Assembly (NCBI GenBank): GCA_003427395.1 | Contig: BFEA01000012.1 | Location: forward strand, 1,412,123 to 1,467,382 | DNA: 55,260 nucleotides | From: Chara braunii | Lineage: Eukaryota > Plantae > Charophyceae | Direction: 5' to 3' | Part shown: one piece after another, positions 36,361-45,965 of the stretch | How positions within the stretch are numbered: position 1 is the stretch's first letter | Layout of the letters: each line of letters starts with the position of its first letter | Translations under genes and position numbers: made by a program | Notes under the pieces: model-generated | Told to the model about the DNA's origin: nothing | The model's database searches: none | Seen by the model: only the letters and a program-made list of their open reading frames with translations

Positions 36361-36996
36361 GATGTGTGCACTCCAGCACAGTCGTTCGTCAACCCATTTG
36401 GTTAGGTGGGCGTTTGAACTAGGAAGAGATCATGCCCAGCTCTGACGCCTAGGGTACCCAGGCGTGCAAAGAAAGGGGAAAAAAAAATCTTTTTTTTTTT
36501 TGGGTTTTCTGCGCTCTCGCAGAGGACCCCAAATCCGGGATCATTTCATTTTTTCAGAGTTGGCTGTCAAGGGGGGGGAAGAGGGGTATAAACCGTATAA
36601 ATTAGTTTTAAGGGGGCTAAAGGAGTTTAAACTTTGAAGTTTAAAGGGGGTTGCCTTAGTGTGATTCTGTTATTTTCTATTTTTATCTGCAATCCTGTAA
36701 GGAATTCTGATGTGACCCTTGGCCAAAAGTCGTTTGTATTGCAATTCTACACAACAAAAAAGACAAATTCCGGATTTTTTTTTTTTTTTGCGCTGGGGCT
36801 GCCCGGCGGAACCCTGCCCGGGGGTCATGCCCGCCCAGGCAACCGGGCGTGTTTCCGCAACTTTCCGGGCATAAGTTGGGTGCCCCGGGCGCCCAAAAAA
36901 AAAGCCCAACTTTTGAAGCCTTTTCTGAAGTTTTTTGTATGCCGAAAGCTCACTGCTGTTTTGTTTTTTTACTGAGATCGACAGGGCAACCATACG

Positions 36997-37125
36997 GTTC
37001 TTCGGGACATCGGTTACAATTGGAACGATACAGAGAAAGAGAAAGAGAAAGAGAAAATTAGAATGGCCTTTGCTCAAGGATGACATGGATGACATGCATA
37101 GATCGAGAAATGGGTCAAAAATTTT
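36997..37125 (+). pseudogene. U6: Diverged U6 snRNA copy with internal micro-duplications
   Basis: GTTCTTCGGGACATCGGTTACAATTGGAACGATACA(GAGAAA)x4 ATTAGAATGGCCTTTGCTCAA(GGATGACAT)x2 GCATAGATCGAGAAATGGGTCAAAAATTTT. Confidence 0.9.
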
Positions 37126-37345
37126 GAAAGAAAAAAAACGGAAAACAGGAGAGGGACTTCTCTTAACTGGCCATTTGGCGGAATGGGGAACATGTATAAC
37201 AACTATAACAGTTGGTGGGGATTGATCATGAGTTCAAATCCTGAAGGAATCATGGGAAATACAGTAATGTTAGGGGCTACCCGTGTTAAAAAACAAAAGA
37301 AAAAAAGACTGACTTTTTTAAATGATTGTATTGTTTTTGATGCAG

Positions 37346-37351
37346 AAGTAA
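37346..37351 (+). CDS. UXS: Candidate terminal coding micro-segment of UXS (K-stop) opening the last exon
   Basis: T-rich acceptor ttgtttttgatgcag followed by AAG TAA in phase 0, with AATAAA ~460 nt downstream. No homology support is possible for 2 codons. Confidence 0.35.
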   Translation, partial: K

Positions 37352-37518
37352 AGGCGACATCCACCAACTTCTGAGCTACCTGGCTTTGCAGCTTTGTCAG
37401 GTCAACCTCGGTGGGGACCACCATCTCTCGTCTACCCGCCTTTCCAGCCACATCAGACCGAGCCATTGTAGAAGCAGATAAGGGCAGATAGCTATCTGGA
37501 TGTGTGAGCTTTTGTTCT

Positions 37519-37576
<58 letters not shown>

Positions 37577-37658
37577 NNNNNNNNNNNNNNNNNNNNNNNN
37601 NNNNNNNNNNNNNNNNNNNNNNAGCTGGGGTCATGCCCCCTCCTTTGGGGCCCCGGCC

Positions 37659-37694
37659 CTGTCTCTTATACACATCTAGATGTGTATAAGAGAC

Positions 37695-37696
<2 letters not shown>
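37659..37696. other. Nextera junction adapter
   Basis: Exact 38-bp adapter next to an N gap. Confidence 0.99.
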
Positions 37697-37739
<43 letters not shown>

Positions 37740-38320
37740 TTGGGTCCCTGCCAAGGACTTGGTCTTTTACCTGACAGCACTGGCAGCCTTGGCAGCAATG
37801 GCAGGTGAATAAAACAATTTGTCAGGTACAGTTTAGTTTTGTGGTGTTTTTGGCTTGACTAGGTGAAAAAAATTGGTTTTGAGACCTTTGTTGAGCAGGC
37901 AAAACTGAGGTTGTCTTTCTGGCAAATAAAATAATTCCAGGAATAACAATGCCTCTCTCCAATAAATCCTTGACTTGTCAGTCATGTGTTGCTGTGGCCA
38001 TAGGCCATCCATCCATCTACTAGAGGTGATAGCAATTGCCTTCTCCGCTCATCGACAAGGTCAGTAATATCTCGATCGGGGAGATGCTGTTCCTAGTCGG
38101 CAACGTAATCGGCATCGTTGAAATCGTCGGCAATGTGACCTATCATCGTGTAGCTTTTCGCAATTTGTCTTTTTTTTTTTCCCTTTTGTTGTTTTTGGCA
38201 GAGGAGTGTCATTGCTGCCATGTGTTGAGAAACGCTAGCCCTGGATTATTCCAAAAACGGAACCTGCGTTTAGCAGAGGGCCCGACGCAGGAGCGTGATG
38301 TGGCCTGTCCTTCAAAAGCA

Positions 38321-38424
38321 GGGCCCACAAAAGCCCCCTTTTGGTCCAGGATAGAGGGCCCACAAAAGCCCCCTTTTGGTCCAGGATAGAGGGTCCACAA
38401 AAGCCCCCTTTTGGTCCAGGATAG
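38321..38424. repeat. 35-bp tandem repeat x3
   Basis: gggcccacaaaagcccccttttggtccaggataga at 38321, 38356, 38391. Confidence 0.95.
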
Positions 38425-38618
38425 TTTCAGGAGACGATTATGAATTTGTGAAACGTGTTGAGAATTGAACTGTTCACAGTTTTGTTAATTTTAGGGAGTG
38501 AGGAAGGGAGAGAGTGGAAGGGAGAGAGAGGAAGGCAGAGAGAGGAAGGCAGAGAGAGGAAGGCAGAGAGAGGAAGGGAGAGAGAGGAACGAAGCGGGAG
38601 AGAGACGACAGGAGAGTA

Positions 38619-38876
38619 ACAGATCCTGATCGTCCAGAGGGTTGCTACTTCCTTATCAGGAATTGGAGGAAAGAGGAAGGAAGAAGAAAGGATGGTTCTT
38701 TCGCCTTTGGACTGGTTGTCCAGGTGTGTGTTCATCCTTTTTGTTGTGACAGATCCTGATCTTCCCGAGGGTTGCTCCTTCCTTATCAGGAAGTGGAGGG
38801 AAAGAGGAAGGAAGAAGAAAGGATGTGTCTTTCACCTTTGGACTGGTTGGCCAGTACAAGTGTGTGTTCATCCTTT
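38619..38876. repeat. ~130-bp diverged tandem duplication
   Basis: acagatcctgatc..gagggttgct..ttccttatcaggaa...ttggactggttg...gtgtgtgttcatcctt occurs twice. Confidence 0.9.
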
Positions 38877-39508
38877 GCGTTGAAATAGTAGGAGGATAAA
38901 CAAAGTTGGTGGCGAGTCAGGTGTTACAGCGTCGACTGATTTGCTGAGCGTTTGTTTCTAGCTGATTGATGCGTTGATAGAATTGCCGAGGTCGTCGGTT
39001 GCTGTCGTATCGTGTAGGAGAGCTGAGTACTTTTAGAAGCAGGAGAAGGGAGAAGCGTTTTCAATTCGATTGAGTGTGGTTGTTTTGACTCTTGGGGTGC
39101 TGGCCTTTCTTGCTCCTGTGGGGTAGCTATTTTCAGTTTAGGGTTGGTTGGTTCCCAACGACTGTGGGGTTAGCTTTTAGATGTGGCTGAGGTTCGTCTG
39201 CAATAGCTCAGAGTTTGTTCGAAAGATGATGATGATAGAAAGGAAGTAAGTTCCTTGGCATTAGAGCTGCTTGGTCATGGACTCCCTTTGCACTGGAAGC
39301 AGTATTTCCCTCTCTCTTTTTTGTACCATGCTCCCGCTGCATCGCTTTGCACATCGACCTTGCAGTTCTGTCATGCTCGATTGGATACCATTGGCCGGAT
39401 ATCTGGGTTTGCTATTGCACCTTCCTTTAGGGATGAACAGTTTTGATGAGGAACTGGAAGGACGACACTCATCTCTTGCTCTCTCGCCATCTTTCTGTCT
39501 CCAACTCA

Positions 39509-39542
<34 letters not shown>

Positions 39543-39736
39543 GCTTCTGTCTCTAGCTCTCAGTCAGTCAGTCCATCTGTCCGTCCATCTGTCTGTGTCT
39601 GTCTGTCTGTCCGTCCGTCCGCCTGCCTGCCCCCTCGCCCGTCCATCTGTTGCTCCGTCTATCATCTAGCCGTGTTGCTGTCCTGTCGTCTTTGCAGCAT
39701 TGCCTGCCTGCCTCTGTCTGCCTTTCTGCATGTCTG

Positions 39737-39780
<44 letters not shown>

Positions 39781-39965
39781 NNNNNNNNNNNNNNNNNNNN
39801 NNNNNNNNNNNNNNNNNNNNNNNNNNNNNNNNNNNNNNNNNNNNNNNNNNNNNNNNNNNNNNNNNNNNNNNNNNNNNNNNNNNNNNNNNNNNNNNNNNNN
39901 NNNNNNNNNNNNNNNNNNNNNNNNNNNNNNNNNNNNNNNNNNNNNNNNNNNNNNNNNNNNNNNNN

Positions 39966-40036
<71 letters not shown>

Positions 40037-40492
40037 GCTGCATTGCTGTCCTGTTTTTGTGGATCTTTTTGAAATGTTGCCTTCTTTGTAGCATTTTTGT
40101 TCTGGCCTATGGGCCAGGTGATCACGGCGATTAATGAGCGGTTACTTGTGAGCATTCTCAACACCTTGGTGATAACTGGGAGGAAATGAAGGGTGACTTG
40201 TGAGTCTTCCTGGTTTATCTGCATAGGATTGGCCAGAACTGTACCAGTTGAATGTATCATCTCATAGTTCCTTGCTGCTGGTCCCGCATTCCGGACGGAA
40301 TTATGAATTTTTGACTCTTTTCCTGCCCTGAATTTGATTCGCCTGGTCGTATGACGAACTGAATCATGACCTACCGCATCAGATGTTATGTCGAGAACCA
40401 CAGGTATTATGTCAGATGAGAGGGCACATTAGACAGAGTACTGTTTGTAAGTCGTCATCAGAAGTGTGAAGTATTCACAGCCACACACGCAC

Positions 40493-40571
<79 letters not shown>

Positions 40572-43500
40572 CGAAGAAACACAATGCACCCTTGTTTTGG
40601 CTGTACCAGACGAGAAAGATCAGGGTGGCAAAAAAAAAGCACCTTGATAACAAATGAATACAAGCTATCTTTCCGGTCCGGTGCAAAAAAAACCTTCAAA
40701 AAGGCTTTTTGAGGGCCTATGTACACTAACGTACGTCCCGTACAAAACGTACATAGGGATACCCCGGTTGAGAATTGTAATGAGAAATGCAGATTTGAAA
40801 ATTCAAAATTACTGACAGCCACCAGGTCTACCTCTTCACCCAACCGAAGGGCGCCAGATGTCTTCTCTAAGCACTGGGATATCCTGTGACCCGCAGATAA
40901 TATTGTGCCCCGATACCTTCTGGAGCCATGGAAAACTTCCAGAAGGTAGACCTGGTGGCTATCAGTATTCTTCTACTCCACTTCAAGAAGAATACTGGTG
41001 GCTATCAGTATTCTTCTTCCCATCTTCTATTCCACTTCGCCCTCTCTCATAACCTCTATTCTTTACCACACCGACTCAAAGGAACAAGCCTCATTGAAGA
41101 AAGATGGGAACAAATCCGAGAATTATGAGAGCGGGCGAAGCGAAGTGGAATTGAAGGTTGTAAGATAGTCCAATCATGAAAAATTAGGCAGTAATCCCAT
41201 CCAATCATGAAAAATTAGGCAGTAATCCCATCTTATCGCTTCCTGATCCTCCCAATTTCCCCTCATGGGACCCCCTACCCAGCAGCCTTAGAAGTTTTGA
41301 ATATGTTGAAGAATATCTGTATATGTCACTTTTTGATGATAACATTTTAATGCTAGCTTACCATGGCGGATGTCCGGGGCCCCCCTGGGTGTCCAAGTCG
41401 TCTGGTCGAACAACTCCGGAGAGGTCCGCCCAGGACGACTCATCCACCCGTGGTAAAAAATTGAGGAGGCCTCCTTTTCTGTGGTGTAGGGCGTTGTGGT
41501 GTTCCCGTGGTCATGGGTTGCGGACCTCACACGGCAACAAATTTTCTTGAGGCCAGTAGGGCCTCAAAAACTTGAAGAAAAAAGGCCCAATCTGGGCCGT
41601 CGAATCTTGAAGATCAACGGGCCAGATTGGACCTTTTTGAATTCCGAAATTTGCAGCCTGAGGGCCCCCACCTCGTGCACAATTTTGGCGAGGATGTTCG
41701 GTCGTTCGGCGTTGCCGACCATCCATGCAAACGGCAGCGCCGACAACCACACGCCATCATTGCGACCACAGCCAGGTACGTGTCTTCCCTCCTCCATCTT
41801 CCCCCATCCCTCCCCGCCCCTCGTCCTCCTTCCCCTCTCTCTCCTCCTTCTCTTCCTCCTTCTAGCTCCTCCTTCCCCTCCATCTCTTCTTCCTCCTCGT
41901 CCTCCTCCTCCTCTTCTTCCTCCTGGCCGGTCCTTGAGGTTCCCTGCGCTGCCATCCCGTTTCACCTTCCTTCTCGTTGTCGTCCTCTTCCTCCGCCTCC
42001 TACGGCGCCACTGTCTCCTCCTCGTCGCCCACCTTCTCCGCGGCCGCCTCCTCCTCGTTGTCTTCCTCCTCCTCACCCCTCTCCGGCTCGTTGTTCTCTT
42101 GCCCCGCCACCACAACACTCCCATCTACCTCTCCCCCTCCATTGCTACGTGCTCATCTTCCATCCCCTGCCCCCNNNNNNNNNNNNNNNNNNNNNNNNNN
42201 NNNNNNNNNAAAATAAAATAAAAAACAAGGAAAAGAGGGGGGGCAGCGGGGCTGCTGAAGATGCAGCAGCCCCCTTCTGCTTGAAGCCCTCCCACCCCGA
42301 GGATCTCCGCTGCTGAATTTTGCAGATCAGCGGCAGCGGACCACCACCTTTTTTTATAACACCGGTTGGTGCGGCCGCTAACGCGGTAGCCGAATCGGTC
42401 TGCCCCTCGGGTCCATATTCATTCGATCCAGGGGGGTACAAGAAATATGGGAGGTACTGGTGGTTTAAGATGAGGGGTCCAATAGGCCCAAGTTTCTCAT
42501 CTTAGCAACGCGTGGTCTGATGGACCGCGGACCAGACATTATTGAGGAAAAAAAAAAAAAAAAAAAGGTCCTTACACTCGTCCACTCTGAGCCAGGACGA
42601 TGTTTCAGCGGTGGCTTGCTGAGATTATATGTTTCTTCGGCGTCTGTGCACTTTGGGAGAGAAGTTATGGGTTTGGTTTTCATGAAGTCAAGAGTAGCAG
42701 TGCTGTCTGAGGTGCACTCGCTCCACTACATGTATCTGGACAGGCTGCCAGGCAAGATACTTTCGGACTGATGAACCACTTTAAGTTGAAAAAGAACAAA
42801 CAGCAACGCTCTGCCTGCACGAGCTGAAACCTGAACCCATAACTTTCTTCTGTCGAGAGCGATACTATGCAAGATCTTTAAGTTTGGGCAAGGACCTCGC
42901 ATCGGCATATCTTTCTCAGGCAGGGCATACTCAGGTGGCGACCCCAAATCCGCATAATATGCGGATTTGGGAAAGGCTGATTTGAGGTTTTGGGCATGGT
43001 TCACATCACACTGCTGTACCTTTTCAGACGGGACAAGTTCGCGGACGTCTGGAGAAACAGGGATTTGGTACTTGGCTGGTCACACGGCGCCATCCACAAA
43101 TTGTGCAAGAACTTTTGTGAACGGTTTTTTGCCGATTTTCGAAGAAAATGCGAAAAATGAAATAGAGGTGACCGCAAAATCCCTTGCCCCGCGGCTTCCC
43201 AGGCCGCTGACAAATGGGCACACCAGTAGTACGTTTGCGGATTTACTAGATCCGTGTGACCGACCTTTTCCTCTTTTTTTTGGGATTTTGGGAATATAGG
43301 TCCCCGTGTGACTAATGCCCTCAGGGTGTTGGGTGTCGTGTCTATATTTAGTCATAAAGCCCATGACCGGCTATGGTGCTGCACTGAATTTTTTGGGCCG
43401 CGTGGGGGTCAGATATTTTTAGCTTGACCCTTCTACGTGAAAGCCGTGCCTCCCAGACCCCACCCCAATAATACATTCCCCCTCCCCCTGGGAAGCCCCC

Positions 43501-43575
43501 CGAAAAAAAATCGCGCCTTCAAAATCTTAATGCGAATTTTGACAGATCTCAAAGAGCGCGGTCGGAATCTGCAGG

Positions 43576-43609
<34 letters not shown>

Positions 43610-45599
43610 GGGCTTTTCTCCTTTCTGAAAACCGGTTTTCCGGTTCACCCCCCCTCCCCTGGGCTGGTCCGCCCCCGTTGCACCAGACGAGCTGAATCAG
43701 CCGGTTGCCGGCCCAGCCTTGGTTTGAAATTTGAGTTTATTGTTTTACTCTACCAGTACCCGGGCCTTATCACTGGTAGGGATGTTGTTTCAAAAAAAAA
43801 AAAAAAAAAAGTAAATTGTGTCATCTAGTCTAGCCCCCTCCATTTCATGTGTACAACGCCTACGCCATAGTGCCCCCAAAATTTACTGCACCAGGGCTAG
43901 ACTAGATGACACAATTTACTGGTGCAGACTATATGACACAATTTACTGGTGCAGTAAAACAAACATTTGGAAAACGAAGTGAAAGACACCAGCAAACAGA
44001 GTACAAGGCGGGTGGTGGGAGAGAACACAGTGGAGATGGTGGTGAAGGAGGGAGACTGAGGCAGGGACGAGGCCGGCGGTAACGAGGGAAGCTTGGCGAG
44101 GGACAGAGCCAATGAAGGATGCCGAGGGACAGAGCCAACGAAGGAGTAATAAAAGCAGCATAAGGGAGAAGCAACGACGGGAGGGGGGCTGCCAACAACG
44201 AGGAAGCACAAACGACGTCGCGAAGGGACCGCGAGGAGACTGCGAAGGTTAAAAGAACGCTGCGGCGAGGTTGCGCAGAAGAAAGATGAACAAACGAGCT
44301 GGGGTCATGCCCCCTCCTTTGGGGCCCCGGGGGTTCTCCCGGTGAAGGAAGGGCATCGTTCCCAAAGGTATTTCCCTACGGCGGTCCCGATCCCAGCAAT
44401 CTCCTGCTCTGGTCTCCCCCTTCCTATCATCCATCCCGACATCCCCCTCCCAGACGTATCCTGACTGCTAAAACCACATATCCCGACTGCCATAACTCAG
44501 ATCCCGTCTTCCCTCCTCTGCCTCCCACCCGTCGCGTCCTTCTCGAACCTGATCCCGACGACCCTGATCTCGACCCTCACTCATCTTGTGACAGTGTCAC
44601 ACCCCTCCCCCTCCCCCTCTACCCCCTTATCTCGATCGTCGCGACTCGGACCCCGACTCCCTTCCCCTACCTCCCCATCCTGCCATCAAGCGCCTCAGAT
44701 CCCTACCCCCTTCTCATCCTCCCACATCCGGACACGACCCCGATCCTTGTTACTCCCCGACTCCCTTTCCTACCCCCCCATCCCGACTCCTTACCTTAAC
44801 CTCCCCACTGTCCTGGTGACCCTGATCAATCGGGACCTCGCCATATCCCGACCCCTTCCCCTACCCCCTCATCTCTCATCCCGATCGCCACGACCTGCCA
44901 TATCCCGACCCCCTTCCCGTCCCTCACCCCGACTGCCACGACCTGGATCCCGGCCCCGTTTCCCTACCTCCCCGCTATCCCGACGACCCCGATCTCGATC
45001 AGTTCCTCTACCTCCCCGTCCCTCACCCCGAGTACCACGACCTAGATCCCGACTCTGTTCCTCTACCTCCTCGCCATTCCGACGACCCCGATCCCAGCCT
45101 CTGATCCATCCCTGCTCCTTCCCTTGAACCTTGCTCTCCTGTTCTATCCCCCCACCCCGTCTCTGCCATCTCGATCCTCGACAACCCAGATCCCGATCCT
45201 GATCCATCCCCCCTGACGATCGCAACCCTGTCACACCCCGATCATCCCACTGCCCTGTGACCTGGATCCATCCCCCCTGACGATCGCGACCCTGTCACAC
45301 CCCGATCATCCCACGACCCCGTGACCTAGATCCTGTTTCCTTCCTCCCACCTCCCCGATCCCGCTCATCCCACGGCCCCGTGACCTGGATCCCAATTTCT
45401 TCTCCCGTCTCCCAGATCTCGATCATCCCACTGCCTCGTGTCGACCACCAACCCCATCCCCACCCTGTTTTTCAGCCCTCCCCCTGTACCTTGATCTCCT
45501 GTTTCATTCCCCCATCCCGTTTCTGTCCCGATCCCGACCTTGATCCATGACGATCGCGACCCTGTTGCACCCCGCCCTCCCGAGCCCTCCCACCACAAG

Positions 45600-45965
45600 C
45601 CCTTTGATCCCTGAGCCGTGTATCTACGCTAACAGTCTAACATTATAAGAGTCTGAGCATTTGCATCGTCCTGAGCCTGTATATTTGCACTGGCACTGCG
45701 AGGGGTATGCGCACGTGCCTGTGTATTTGCACTGGCACTGTGAGCCTCCTTGCACTTGCATCATCCTGTGCATCTACACTAACAGTGCAAGAGTCTGTGC
45801 ACTTGTATCACCCTGAGCCTGCATTTTTGCACTGGCACTGTTAGCCTTCTTGGGTCAGACAACATTCTTGTGCATCAATACTAACAGTGTAAGAGTCTGA
45901 GCACTTGCATCACCCTGAGCCTTCGTTTTTGCACTGGCACTGTTAGCCTTCTCGGGCCAGGCAAC
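45600..45965 (+). repeat. Diverged tandem monomers immediately upstream of the LINE ORF1 ATG
   Basis: Recurring ctaacagt..aagagtctgagcacttgcatcaccctgagcct..tttgcactggcactgttagcctt (about 3-4 copies). Confidence 0.85.

Noticed and set aside
18140-37696. Five identical 38-bp palindromes resembling CRISPR repeats or Tn5 ends (peptides [12 protein letters not shown] / CLLYTSRCV)
   Set aside because: Exact Nextera mate-pair junction adapter; a library artefact.
38450-40420. Possible second gene (GA-rich leader, candidate exon near 40120-40403)
   Set aside because: No convincing reading frame or homology; cannot be supported without transcripts.
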